The notes: generated by a model not told the origin, from the sequence alone. Numbered from the stretch's first letter, positions 1 to 14,196 are shown. The stretch: 64,000 bases of DNA from Antedon mediterranea (GCF_964355755.1 NC_092674.1:31744001-31808000), one strand, 5' to 3'. Numbers and translations: made by a program.

Positions 1-82
1 TACTGGTCCTCATTATCTCATCTATTTAAATAATTATTGTGGGTCAATCCTGCTACTGGTCCTCACCATCTCATCTATTTAA
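1..82. repeat. Tail of a ~53-bp intronic tandem repeat running off the window start
   Basis: TACTGGTCCTCAYYATCTCATCTATTTAA occurs at 1 and again at 54. Confidence 0.65.
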
Positions 83-200
83 TTAGTTAGTTAGTGTCAG
101 GCGTTATAAGTACTTGTTCTGCCAAGCTGGGATAAAAGATTAAAATCAAATTTTTTTGTATAAATATTTGTTTTTGTTTATTTTTTTTCTTTTTACTTAG

Positions 201-3200
201 GTTATAAAGCTTTACTTCGGTTTGAAGGGTATGGTATTGACAGTTCCAAAGACTTTTGGGTTCATCTATGCAAGATTGAATGCTACCCAGTAAATGGAGC
301 AGAAAAAGTAGGCAGGAAGCTCAGACCCCCTAAAGGTACATGATTATTAATATTAACACTTAAATCAAGTATATTGAGTATAGTGAGTGGCCGAGCGGTT
401 AAGACAGTGGAACCGTAATCACGTAGCCATAACATCGGCAGGGGTTCGAGGCTCACTCACTCCATGGTTCTGGTGGTAGAACAAGTCTTCTCGGATAAGG
501 ACTATAAACCGTAGGCCCAGTGTACACATCTAGCTCGTGTGCACTTTAAAGAACCTAGTACATCTTTCGAGACGAGTAGGGGGTTACCCCGGTGTATTAG
601 TACATCACAGCCACTGATCACCAACTGGGCCCTCTGGGAGACCAGTCTTTGACTGAAGAGGTTACCCAGTATAAATATATATTTCAATCAATCAATTATT
701 AACTTACCTTTGCGTCATCATCCCCTGTCATATGTAGCTGTCTACGTATCTTCCATTCCTTACAATTATGTTCTGTTCTAGTCCTGTATAAGATATGATA
801 TCGTCCCTCCATCTGCGTTTCTGTCTTCCCTTTTTTTTTTTCTGATTCTCAGCTGTCATTCTTTGTTGTATGCCATTTTGCTTCTTTTACTTTATTCCTT
901 ATGACTTTGTTGAATTGTTTTATCATATTGTTTATAATTCAAATGTATTATTATAATTGAAGTAAATTATTATCCTTCTTATCTTGAGATATATTGAGAT
1001 ACATAATAATAATAAGCAATAATTTCATATTTTCAGACCTTATGGAGAAGATAGGTTCAAACTGGTTGGAGTTTGTTAACAGAGTTGCTCACCAAGGTGC
1101 ACCTACAATTCAGATATCAAAAGAATTGGTAAGAAATTTTTATTTCCACTTTTTGTGATTTACACTGTGAATTTGTCTGCCAGATTGGATACCTAACTAT
1201 AGATAATATTTATGTAAAAACTTGCAGATTGAACAAGAACTAAGATGCCCATTTCAACCTGACATGCAGTTAGAAGCTGTGTACAAGAGAATGATTTCCA
1301 GTACATGTTCAGCCACTATCCAAGCGGTAGTATCTAATAGGTTACAAGTGCAATATGATACTATACATGATCCAAACAGAGACTTTTGGTATAATTCATC
1401 ATCACCGTTGATTCACCCCATAGGCTGGTCAAGGAAAGTAGGACATCCACTCATTGACACATCTTGTAAGTTTTGAACTTAATGATAATCTTCTTTCCTT
1501 CCTACCACAACTTTAATTATTTATCTTTATTTTTTGTGTATGTATGTTTGTAATTTTACCTTTATACAGTATAATATACATTACAATACAAGCATTGGAT
1601 TTTTGAAAAGATTAAGAATGATTAAGCTTTATTATTGAAGTTTCTGATTATTATAATAATTTGTCATTCATTAAAAAGTACTGTACATGACTTTTTAATT
1701 TTTTGTTAGCATACAAGAACGAAGCTTTAGACAGGGGTAGGCACACCTATGATGCACCAAGTCATTTGTTTAAGGATGTAAGCATAATCTTTTTTTCTTG
1801 TCTTTGAAAGAGACTATTGCATATTGATGATGATGTTAGAATCATTAAGATAAATTATTTGATCTTGTTTCAAGCCTCCGCTTGTTGGAGAAAAGCACAA
1901 TTTTCACAATGGCATGAAGTTAGAAGCTGTTGACCCTCTGAAACTTGGTAATATATGCGTAGCAACAATATGCTGTGTGTTAAGAGATGGTTACCTGATG
2001 GTGGAGATAGATTCAATGGGTGATGCACCTAAGAAGGAACCATTCTGCTACCATCGCAGTTCAGCTTCTATACTACCAGTTGGCTTTTGTGACTACCATA
2101 AGATCGAACTGGTTCCACCACAGGGTAGGTTGGCTTTGTTTATCTTTTACAGACCAAATATTATCTCGTACTAAACTGGTAAATATATATTGTTCATACG
2201 AATATATAAATATATATTTGCAAATAGGCCAAAAGAAATCAGCTCTCACTGTTAACCATGACATGCATTGAATCACTGTCTAGATGTTTTGTTCAATGAT
2301 TTCTTAGGTTACACAAACATATTTGACTGGGATGACTATTTGCGTAGAACTAACTCTCTTGCAGCCCCTGTTGAACTCTTTCAACAGGTAAGTACACATT
2401 ATGATTGGGTAAGATGTGATTCTGCTGTAATTACTAACATTTGCCATTGTCAAGTTTAATTTTATGCTGTGTTATGGATATTTTAAACTAAAAGTACTGT
2501 AATAATATTAATAGAAGATTTGTTTATAGGATGTTACTAATCCAGGATGGAAAATAGGGCACAAAGTGGAGGCAGTGGACCTGATTGAATCTTCATTTAT
2601 TTGTGTTGGTACCATAACAAAGATTGCTGGCCCTCTTATCCAAGTACATTTTGATGGCTGGGACTCTTCTTATGATCAATGGGTTGAAATGCACAGTCGT
2701 GATTTGTACCCTGTTGGTTGGTGTGAGATGACATCATATCCTTTACAACCACCTAAAATATCAGGTAATATTTAATAGTACAGTACTAAGAAACTTTTCA
2801 TTGTAAGTTATAATTTTTGGTTTAAACTGTTTTTTTAAAAAAAATTTTTCACTAAATATAAGTGTATACTGTTTTTCTTTCTTTTAAATTAGAAAAAATG
2901 GAATATTCTCCACCCGTCCCAGTGCTTCCACCATCAGTGGCCAAGAAAAAGAAATCCACATCATCATGTGCTTCAAGGAGTAAGTTTGCAATTAATAATA
3001 TTTGATCATTATTATTTTTAACCTTGTTAATGTTCCTGGCTCTTTTACGTTATCGTTGATAGCTTTCTGCTTAAATTTTATTTTGTATCTCCATTGAGAT
3101 CCAGCCACTGATACCCACAGAATTGTAATTTTTTGAGGAATTTTTTTAATTAGCATGGTTTTATGTTTCATATTTTGTGTTATCTGGGTATTTTATGAAA

Positions 3201-5506
3201 TACTACTTGTATTTTCAACAGAGAGGAAAAACAGTGAGTGCAATCCAAGTAAACAGAGGATTTCTGTGGATTCTGTTAATGCTGATGCTATTTATAGATT
3301 TTCTGATGAAGAAGACCTCTGCTTTCCCTTGCCTAAAACAAAACCCAGTATAGAGAAAAAGAAGAAACCATCTGAAAAGAAAACTCCTAATGAGAAGAAA
3401 TGTGACAAGAAACCAGCCAGTAAAAAGGTGTCTGAAAAGAAAAAAGAACAATCTGAGGGGAAGAGGAAAGTTGAGAAAATTTCGAAAAAGCTTGAAAAGA
3501 AAAGCCAGAAGAATTTAAAGTTAAATATAGATAAAGCAACAGGAAAACAATGTAATTTGATTTCACCAGATGTGCTAGATATCTTGTCAAGACTGAAGAA
3601 GGAAGTTAAACAGTCTGATGAAAAAAATGGAGCAGTAGTTGATGGCAGTGTTTTAACAGTTAATGGTAAAAAAACAGAGTCTCTGTTATCGCCTAAATCC
3701 GATGATTTGTCATATTCAACAGCTGTAACTAATGTAGCTGCAACAACTCTGAAAACATCACAGCTCAAGCAAAAGACAGATCCTCCTTCATATCCTACCA
3801 ACACTGTAATCAAGAATGAACCAGAATCTATACCAACAAAAAGGTTAATACCAAATATCAATAACATCCCACATCTTGACTTAAACAGCACTTCACAAGG
3901 GGCATTATTACGACAAATTGCATTATCGTCCAACAAATCAAAAGCAACAAAAACAAAACAGAAGACTCGTAATTGTCCTGCACAAGTACCAAAGAAGACA
4001 ATAGCTAAAACCAAGGCTGAAAAACCAATGTCGGTTCCCAACTCACCAATTGCTAGAACTAGCCATCTAGCTACTCTACTCAACCTACCTGGTCAGATTG
4101 ATCTGATAAGATTGGAACCTCATATTTACAATGGATTTGTAGAACCCAGATCAAAACTAAAAAAAAATGATTCAATATCTTTAGGTGACAATCTAGGCAG
4201 ATATGCTGGGCAGTCATCAGATGTTGTTAAAGCCTTTGCCTTGAATAATCCAAATGTTTGTTCATTACAACAAGTCACGTCACCAGTAACTTCACCTCAA
4301 ACACATGAATCTGTATTAAGTCAAACACACTCCGTCCAACCTGTAGGAATGCATCCACATAATAAATTGTTAGGAAAGGGATGTCCGACACAGGAAAGCA
4401 TTTCTGATCATGAGAAGAGTCCTCCACAACATTTTATTCCAATGACTCCTCCTCTTCCATCGCCAGTTCAAAATGTTTTAAGACCTGAATTGCCGCCATT
4501 TGCCAGTCTTACCCAACATTGGAGAGGTCCTTCCGAGCCACTTGCTATGTGGGCTACTTCCTCAATTGCAAAAACTATTTCTTCAAATACTAAACTAATA
4601 GGTGATCCTATGACACCAGCAGCTAGCCCTACATCATCAACTTCTAATTTGTCGCTGCAAACACAGTACACAAACACTCCAATCAACTTCTCAACCACCC
4701 AGCCACCCAGTCCTTACATGCTGATACCAGCTGGACATGATGGTAAACAATTTGCTATGAAAGCTATCAGTGTGACTTCAAAACCACTACAGATGATTGA
4801 TCAACCAAACTTACAGTCAATTCATAATCTTGCAAGTTCACCAAATGCTAGCCCTCAACACTCAATGCCCAACACAGGCAGACAAAATCTGTTGAGTGTT
4901 CCACCAGAGCAAATAATGCAAATACCAAGGCTTATAAACTCTAGTGTGAAAGTGTCCCCTTTGAATCCATTGAATAGCTTTTCAGTTCAGTATGCAAGGC
5001 TAGCGCACAATTCAACAGCAGCTCTGCAAGTACAGAAGCAGAACGTTGAAAAGAGAGAAGAAGAAAAGGAAGAGATTCAAGTGAGAAGCCCCAACTTTGA
5101 CCCCTGGAAGTGGAGTGTGTCAGCAGTTGTTCAGTTCCTGATTGATGCTGGTGAGGGTTCTTGTGCAGATACCTTTAGAAGACAGGTTAGTTGTCTTGTT
5201 TTTTATTGTTATCACACACCTACCGTTGTAAAAAACTGTATTAGCTAAAATGTATTAATTTACCATTATTAATTATTACTGGGAAGTTTATAATTTCTTC
5301 AGTTTATAATTTGTTCCTGTGCCTGTTCACTTATATTTATATATAATTATATATTTTTTCTTCAGAAAATTGATGGTCTTAAATTTATGTCTCTAACTAA
5401 AGACCAGATAGCTAAACTGACTGGCATGAAGGTGGCGCCCTCTCTCAAGATTTACCATCAAATTGAGCTTCTCAGATCTCATTACCCATCACCAACAGTA
5501 ACATAG
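201..5506 (+). CDS. MBT-repeat + C-terminal SAM Polycomb protein (Drosophila Sfmbt / MBTD1-L3MBTL2 family), 5'-partial, multi-exon
   Basis: GT-AG exons at about 201-335, 1037-1128, 1229-1465, 1711-1777, 1874-2124, 2309-2387, 2531-2763, 2893-2979, ~3222-5185 and 5366-5506. Translations include GYKALLRFEGYGIDSSKDFW, PLIHPIGWS, GMKLEAVDPL...GYLMVEID...ILPVGFC, VEAVDL...HFDGWDSSYDQW...LYPVGWC (MBT aromatic cage F/W/Y) and a SAM domain PWKWSVSAVVQFL...KIDGLKFMSLTKDQIAKLTGMKVAPSLKIY. Stop TAG 5504-5506. Confidence 0.9.
381..696 (+). mobile_element. tRNA-derived SINE with a Deu/Nin-type central domain, in an MBT gene intron
   Basis: Head has A box TGGCCGAGCGG, B box GGTTCGAGGC and acceptor-stem pairing AGTGAG/CTCACT. 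The body TCTCGGATAAGGACTATAAACCGTAGGCCC...GCACTTTAAAGAACC...CGAGTAGGGGGTTACCCCGGTGT resembles the DeuSINE/Nin core as I recall it. Tail is (TCAA)n. The element is GC/CpG-rich against an AT-rich intron. Confidence 0.8.
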
Positions 5507-7603
5507 GCTTGCTCCCATTCCAAGTCTAATCTACAGTATAAGAATTTTCATTGATTTATGGTGTTTTATAAGAGAAATTGTTTATATTTATATGTGATGA
5601 ATAGCCATTATGTACAATATTGTTATTGATACATTTTTTACAGCTGAATGCATACATACATCTGTATTGAGTATTGCTTGAACAAGTACCCTGTAATACG
5701 TTATTGATTCGTTTTATATTTGTAAATCTGTGAATTAAGTTCAATATTGATGATTTATCTTTCAGTATATACATACAGTATAAGATTTAAAAATGTTGAC
5801 ATAAATAGTCAAGTTCAAATAGATTAATCTGTGTGGGCAGGGTGTAACAAATGATGATGTAATTGCTCGGAATGAGTTAAACAGGAGATGTGGGGTGTGG
5901 TCAAGGTGTAACGAATAAAATAACTATTTATAGTTAAAGAAGATGTATTATTAAATACGTATAATTCTAGGGAGAAAATAAATACAAGAAGAAATAAATC
6001 AAGATAATTAAAACATTTTGGAAAATGAAAAAATTATAATAAGAAAAGTAATTTCGGTTATATTTTTGTACGCTTTATTTTGATATGTATTAGCAATTTA
6101 AATTATTTATTAAATAAATTAAGTTCTACTAACAAATTATTAATTTAAGAAAGTTAAATAATATTAAACACCTTAATTCAACAGATAGACCTTGCAACAT
6201 GTTGATTATTATTGTTATTATTGACCATATCAAACGGCTATGCTAAATTATTGCCCCTGTATCCGGCAACATGCGACATGTTTCCGTCGGCCAACAAAAT
6301 CGCAAATTCGTGTGTTATGCCTCGTCAGTACTCGACATTATCAGTGTGTTATTTAAAATGGACATTCAAATTATTTCGTATAAGGACTGAACAGGGAGTA
6401 GTTTGTTAGTTGGTATTCAGTATTATGTTTAGCAAATTAATACTATCGTTCTTTCAATATTATCGACATCTTCTCAAAATGAAATGGCGTATATTTTTAT
6501 TTTACGATTTCATTGATAATGTTCAAAGAATTGAAAGTTTCATTTAGAAATAAAAAATCGCTAAAGACGTTTATGTTACTATAGATTGAATATTGGTATA
6601 TTAAAAATACATTGTATTACTTTACTGTGGCGTTATTTATACCATTTTAACATAAGATAATTCTGTTTTCATGAACACAATTATAGGCAAACATGCAATT
6701 TTGTTTAATTAGTTTGGTTAGGTTCTGTCTATTTTATAAGATTTGTTACATTATTCATGCAGAGAGTATACTTAGAGGTTGTAAATAATATTATGTATAT
6801 ACGAGTAGGATGAGGAGAAGGTATAGACTATACCTAACTCAATGCTTTAAGTAAGAATGCAATAACGTGCCTAACTGCACCAGCTGAATGCTATTATAGA
6901 ACAACGTGTACAGTAAATATTCTTTAGTTATACGGATTTTTTTTTATTTTAATAAAAGTTTATATAATTATTTGCCAAAAAAAATTGAATTGAGGTATGC
7001 ATGCATAAAGTAATCTATTTTGATTATGATTAAATGTTATTAGGTTGTGATTAAGTAACGTCACGATACCTAAACAGTTTCCTTATAACAAATAATGTAT
7101 TTATTTTCGAGGTTCTCATGAGCGTATTGATACGCTATCCTATGTTGTACTGTTAATTTGTATACTATGATGGTACAACGTTTGATTAAATAACGAAATA
7201 GATGTCAAATATTAATTTGGTCATGCGTCTCTCTTCAAAATAAAATTGCTTGAATGTATTTGATACCACAACATATTCTATTTTTGTTTGTTCGACGGTA
7301 AAATATAAAAATGTGTATAGTGAACATGAAAATAATACGAAATTACCATTGAGCGAGAACAGCATGGTCGCGTGATGGTGATATTCCGCAATAACTTATT
7401 AATTGATATTCGAAGTTTAAACTTATCTGGTATATGAAATAAACAGTATTGCCTATAATCAACAGCTGAATCAGAATACTAGTTCTCATCCCATCATCAG
7501 CAAAATATGATAAAAAGAAAAAATCGTCGATATCCGTGGCAGCAATTGGGTGTGGTAGGGTGGTATAACGTGTTATTCGGTGGAACTCTGCACGTATTTA
7601 ATC

Positions 7604-10178
7604 ATGTGGAAGTTTGTTTTCTTAAGTTTATTTGTTTCTACTACTTTGGGGTCTCACCAAAGATATGACAAGTAAGTGATTGTTGAAGAAAAAAAAATAA
7701 CGATGTTGGTTTATTTTGATGTATTGTTCGATACAATATTGTGCACGTTTATAGCTTTCAGGTATGGCGTATCCGATGTGAAGACGAGACTGATGTTAAA
7801 TGGGTAAAAACAGCAGCATCGATGTATGAAGACAAGGTAGGCCTAATTTCAATTTACTCAATATTATTGGAAAGTACATCTACGAGTTTTTAGAGTAAAT
7901 TAAACATTACATTATCAATCTGTTGGAACACCTTAGATTGATAGCTTCGCTGCCAATCACCAGACCAACTCTGTTGACCTGATGGTTTCTCCGTGGTTTA
8001 TTGATACCTTTCGGAACCTTCTCACAAATCGTGGTTTACAATTTACAGTAATCATTGAGAACGTACAGGAACTGATAGACAATGAGCGAGATACAATACG
8101 GACTAGGGCAGTTGGTGCCGACTTTGATTATACCGTGTATCATACATACGATGAGGTAAAATGCCTTATTAATCTATTTTAAAGTACCATCCTCTTGTCA
8201 CTTCAAAGCATCTTTCATTTACCATAATTTTATGTAGGTTTTTGAAACATTGTCAATAATTGTTTTTATAAGATTCAAGATTGGGTCAAGACATTTTCAC
8301 AAGATAACAGCAACATTGTTGAATCGTTTCTCCTGACAACTTCATATGAAAAACGACCAATTAATGGCTTAAAGGTAATAGTAGTTTATTTATTTAAAGT
8401 AAATTTTATCCTTGTTAAAATTAAGTAAACATTTTGTATTGTTTAATGAAATCTGAAAATTAACATGATGTTCTAAAAATAGCACATTAAATTATACAAA
8501 TCGATTGACGTTAGAAGTGTATCATTCATTATTATTATTATTAGAGATTACATTTAGAATACTACTATAATTATGGAAATTTTGACCATTAATATTTTTA
8601 ATGTTTAGATCTCTGGTGATTTACCATCAACTGGCAAACCAGCCATTTACTTTCAAGGTGGTATCCACTCTCGTGAGTGGATCTCTCCGGCTACTGTTAT
8701 GTACTTCACCAATAAAGTAAGACTAAGTCATTAAACAATAAAAAAAAACCACTGTACTGTGTGCCGTCATGAATAGCATGCAATACTGAGGACTATATAA
8801 CATTAATTAATGCATATCCAATACTATACTTACGTATCAAGATTTTGACGTAAATCAATTCCATGTTTACTGATGTAGCCGATAGTTAATGAAACAATTG
8901 AATGGATGAGAAAATTGACACATGTATACATACTAATACAATTTCGTATATCTTATGTTAGTTTGTAGAAGATTACGGAAGAGATAGCGAAGTGACTCGC
9001 ATGTTAGACGAGATAGATTGGTACATTGTCCCATCTCTTAATGCTGACGGCTACGTGTACACCTGGGAATATGTAAGACATCTTTCGCTTATGATATCCA
9101 CAAAAATGAGTTTTTTTTCCTGTTATGGCTGCAAACTATTCCGTAAAAATAATTGGTTTACAATGAACTTTTGCAACGATAATACAATGTGGCTACTACA
9201 TCATTTACGACTTTAGTAATACTAACAAACACTTCCTTAATTGCTAATATATTTGTTTAGGATCGTCTTTGGAGAAAAACACGTCAAAGATTCAAAGGAA
9301 ACCTGTGCGTTGGAACCGATCCGAACAGGAACTATGATTATAAATGGGGAGGTAGGCATGTGCAATTAAATGAACTCATCACATCATTTATTTTCTATAT
9401 AACTGTAAAAATATAGGCCTATATACCGGTGTTTCTGTCGATCGTTATTGTAGTCATTTTATCATTAAGGTGAAGGAGCTAGTAATAACTCATGTTCGTT
9501 GACCTACGCTGGTCCACATGCCTTCTCTGAACCTGAGATCAAAGGAAGTACAGGTTTTCTATTGGAGAAGGCTAAAACCCAACCCTTTAAAGTATTCATT
9601 GATTGGCATAGCTACTCGCAGCTGATGTTAGCGCCATGGTCCTGGACCGACAAGGAACTTCCACCAGATGCAGCTGCACAAGACGACTTTGCAAGAGAGA
9701 CGACTCAAGCTATCGAGTCTGTTTATGGGACGAAGTATGTCTATGGACCTGGCTCTAAAGTTCTTTGTGAGTTTGTTTTCAAACAAAATATGTATTTTAC
9801 TAAATTCAGAATATATTAAACCCGAGGATAAACAAAATCTTTTACGATCGGATTAAAATACTCACATGGAACATTTTAGTTGCAAAGAGTGAGTTGCATT
9901 ATTAACAATTCTAAACACATATAATAATTATTCATAAATTGATGTTAGTAGGCCTATTTAAATGTTTTTTTTTTTTAATTTTAGATGTTTCATCTGGTGC
10001 GAGCAAGGACTGGGGCTATGTCGGACTAGGTGCTACGTATTCATACACCGTCGAACTACGTGATACTGGAACATACGGGTTCCTTCTGCCAGAACAGCAA
10101 ATACGGTCGTCAGGCATTGAGACTTACGAAGGAGTGAAGGCTATGGGGCGCTTCATCCTAAATGAAATAAATAATTAA
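7604..10178 (+). CDS. M14A zinc carboxypeptidase (CPA/CPB/CPO-like) preproprotein, copy 1
   Basis: Signal peptide [17 protein letters not shown], then a propeptide. Motifs GGIHSREW (H69/E72), RLWRKTR (R127), DPNRNY (N144/R145), DWHSYSQ (H196), spliced [11 protein letters not shown] (Y248) and YTVELR (E270). GT-AG introns; stop TAA at 10176-10178. Confidence 0.93.
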
Positions 10179-10831
10179 ATACAAACAAACAATACAACAA
10201 ATGAATTTAATAATGACGGTGTTTTTAATGTATTTAAGGCATTGAAAATATCTCTATTGCTAAGTGATACTAATTCGATTAATTAGGCAGATTATATAAA
10301 CAAAATGATTATTTTATCCCCCAACTCAAATCACCCATTAATTACTCTATGGGTTCTTGCTAATATCTGACGTTTTATTCTCAATTTACTCAATCAAGAA
10401 ATTAAATAAAATCTTTTAATTAAAACCAATAGGCCTAATTTGTTTATTCGTCATTGTTTTAACGATTGGATGTAATTAAATATTTAGCACTTTAAGGACC
10501 CGGTACTGTGAGTATAATGCTGTAAAGTTGAAGAGATAATAATTAAAAGTCATCTGATTATACATTGATCGTTGTTTTGGAAACACTCTGGACTCGTCTA
10601 TTAATTGTTGCTAAATTTGTTTTGTTATAATTTTAATGAAAACGCAGTAAAGTTTAAACTAATCTGGTATATAAACAATAATGCCTATAATCAACAGCTG
10701 CATCAGAATACTAGTTCTCATCCCCGTAAAATCGAACCACATAATGATAAGAAGTCGTCGATGATATGTGACAGCAATTGAGTGCAAGTAGTATAACGTG
10801 TTATTCGGTGGAACTCTGCACGTATTGAACA

Positions 10832-13800
10832 ATGTTGAAGTTTGTTTTCTTAAGTTTAGTTGTTTCTACTACTTTGGGGTCTCAACAAAGATATGACAAG
10901 TAAGTGTTTTTTGAAGAAAACAAAATAACGATGTTGATTTATTTTGATGTATTGTTCGATACAATATTGTGCACGTTTATAGCTTTCAGGTATGGCGTAT
11001 CCGATGTGAAGACGAGACTGATGTTAAATGGGTAAACACAGCAGCGTCAATGTATGAAGACAAGGTAGGCCTAATTTCAATTTACTTAAATTATTGGAAA
11101 GTACATCTAGGAGTTTTTAGAGTAAATTAAACATTACATTATCAATCTGTTGGAACACTTTAGATTGATAGCTGGGCTGCCAATCACCAGACCAACTATG
11201 TTGACCTGATGGTTTCTCCGTGGTTTATTGATACCTTTCGGAACCTTCTCACAAATCGTGGTTTACAATTTACAGTAATCATTGAGAACGTACAGGAACT
11301 GATAGACAATGAGCGAGATACAATACGGACTAGGGCAGTTGGTGCCGACTTCGATTATACCGTGTACCATACATACGATGAGGTAAAATGCCTTATTAAT
11401 CTATTTTACCATCCTCTTGTCACTTCAAAGCATCTTTTGTACATTTACCATTATATATGATCATAATTTTATATTGGCCTTTAAAACATTGTCAATAATT
11501 GTTTTTATAAGATTCAAGATTGGGTCAAGACATTTTCACACGATAACAGCAACATTGTTGAATCGTTTCTCCTGACGACTTCATATGAAAAACGACCAAT
11601 TAATGGCTTAAAGGTAATAGTAGTTTATTTATTTAAAGTAAATTTTATCCTTGTTAAAATTAAGTAAACATTTTGTATTGTTTAATGACATCTAAAAATT
11701 AACATGATGTTCTAAAAATAGCACATTAAATTATACAAATCGATTGACGTTCGAATTGTGTATCATTATTATTATTATTATTATAGATTACATTTAGAAT
11801 ATAGGCCTACTAAGGTACTATTATGTAAATTCTGACCATTGTTATTTTTAATGTTTAGATCTCTGGTGACTTATCATCAACTGGCAAACCAGCCATTTAC
11901 TTCCAAGGTGGTATCCACGCCCGTGAGTGGATCTCACCAGCTACTGTTATGTACTTCACCAATAAAGTAAGACTAAGTCATTAAACAATAAAAAAAACCA
12001 CTGTACTGTGTGCCGTCATGAATAGCATGCAATACTGAGGACTATATAACATTAATTAATGCATATCCAATACTATACTTACGTATCAAGATTTTGACGT
12101 AGATCAATTCCATGTTTACTGATGTAGCCGATAGTTAATGAAACAATTGAATGGATGAGAAAATTGACACATGTATACTAATACAATTTCGTATATCTTA
12201 TGTTAGTTTGTAGAAGATTACGGAAGAGATAGCGAAGTGACTCGCATGTTAGACGAGATAGATTGGTACATTGTCCCATCTCTTAATGTTGACGGCTACG
12301 CGTACACCTGGGTATATGTAAGAAATCTTTCGCTTATGATTATATCCACAAATGAGTTTTTTTTTATAATATTTTTGTTATGGCTGCATAACTATCCGTA
12401 AAAAAAAATTAACAAAATTGTTTTACAATAAACTTTTGCAACGATGAATACACAGTGTGACTACAACATCATTGACGACATCATTAAACTGTGTGCGTTT
12501 ACTTTTGATCAAACACTGCCTTAATTGCTATATATATTTTTTTAGGATCGTCTTTGGAGAAAAACACGTCAACGATTCAAAGGAAACCCGTGCGTTGGAA
12601 CTGATCCGAACAGGAACTACGGTTATAAATGGGGAGGTAGGCATGTGCAATTAAATGAACACATCATCACATCATTTATTTTCTTTATAACTGTAAAAAT
12701 ATACTGTAAAACCTCGAAAAGAAGCCCATGGGCTTAAACCTCGAAAAGAAGCCCATCTCGAAAAGAAGCCCCCCTCTACAGTTTGCAAAAGTACTCTCGA
12801 AAAGAAGCCCATCTCGAAATGAAGCCCCCTGGGCTTCTTTTCAAAATAGTATGGGCTTCTTTTCGAGATAGACTACTATACTGTATTAAGAATGTAGGTT
12901 TATCAACTGAACGTCAAAGGAACAGAAATAAACAATACAAACACGTGATTAAGAGTTACGGTAGTAGGATAATTTAATGCCAGATACTTGTGATGCAGAC
13001 TGATGATAATAATTAATATGTATGATCGAGTTTATCATACATTTATTTTATAGTTTATTGTCGTCCAAATGGTGCTTTGATCGATCTTGTATCTTTTTCT
13101 TGTCTGCTTCGTTGGCAAATATGGAAAATCGGCAGGGAATTTCCACAAATGATTGTATTTGACGGTGAATCATAGGACTGTTTTTTTTTTGCTTTTTATA
13201 TTGTTTTTAATTGGTATATTTAACATAATTTCATGATTGAAAAAATGTCTCAAAAGTCATATTATTGTAGTAGAAATTCACCAAATTTACAGCAGGCATT
13301 TCGAAAAGAAGCCCCCCTCTACAGTTTGCAAAAGTACTCTCGAAAAGAAGCCCATCTCGAAAAGAAGCCCACCCAAGAGCACTCAAAAAGAAGAAGCCCA
13401 TGGGCTTCTTTTCGAGGTTTTACGGTAGGCCTATATACCGGTGTTTCTGTCGATCGTTATCATAGTCATTTTATCATTAAGGTGAAGGAGCTAGTAATAA
13501 TTCATGTTCGTTGACCTACGCTGGTCCACATGCCTTCTCTGAACCTGAGATCAAGGGAAGTACAGATTTTCTACTGGAGAAGGCTAAAACCCAACCATTT
13601 AAAGTATTCCTTGATTGGCATAGCTACCGTCAGATGATGTTAGCGCCGTGGTCCTGGACCGACAAGGAACTTCCACCAGATGCAGCTGCACAAGACGACT
13701 TTGCAAGAGAGACGACTCAAGCTTTCGAGTCTGTTTATGGGACGAAGTATGTCTATGGACCTGGCTCTAAAGTTCTTTGTGAGTTTGTTTTCAAACAAAA

Positions 13801-14196
13801 TATGTATTTTACTAAATTCAGAATATATTAAAACCGAGGATAAAAAAAATCTTTTACGATCGGATTAAAATACTCACATGGAACATTTTAGTTGCAAAGA
13901 GTGAGTTGCATTATTAATAATTCTAAACACATATAATAATTATTCATAAATTGATGTTAGTAGGCCTATTTAAATGTTTTTTTTTAATTTTAGATGTTTC
14001 ATCTGGTGCGAGCAAGGACTGGGGCTATGTCGAACTAGGTGCTACGTATTCATACACCGTCGAACTACGTGATACTGGAACTTACGGGTTCCTTCTACCA
14101 GAACACCAAATACAGCCGTCAGGCATTGAGACTTACGAAGGAGTGAAGGCTATGGGGCGCTTCATTCTGAATGAAATAAACAAGCTTAACAATTAA
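10832..14196 (+). CDS. M14A zinc carboxypeptidase preproprotein, copy 2 (tandem duplicate)
   Basis: Same exon structure, with near-identical exons and introns to copy 1. Motifs [36 protein letters not shown] and YTVELR. I saw no disablements in the exons. Confidence 0.92.
12704..13425. mobile_element. Non-autonomous Tc1/mariner/pogo-type MITE (722 bp) with TA target duplication
   Basis: TIRs C(T/C)GTAAAACCTCGAAAAGAAGCCCATGGGCTT. TA at 12702-12703 and 13426-13427. The empty site AAAATATAGGCCTATATACC is present in copy 1 (~9407-9427). Internal repeats of TCGAAAAGAAGCCC. Confidence 0.92.

Noticed and set aside
3215-4698. Antisense ORFs opposite the large MBT exon (also 42552-42932 and 52782-53147)
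   Set aside because: Shadow ORFs of real coding sequence with no independent features.
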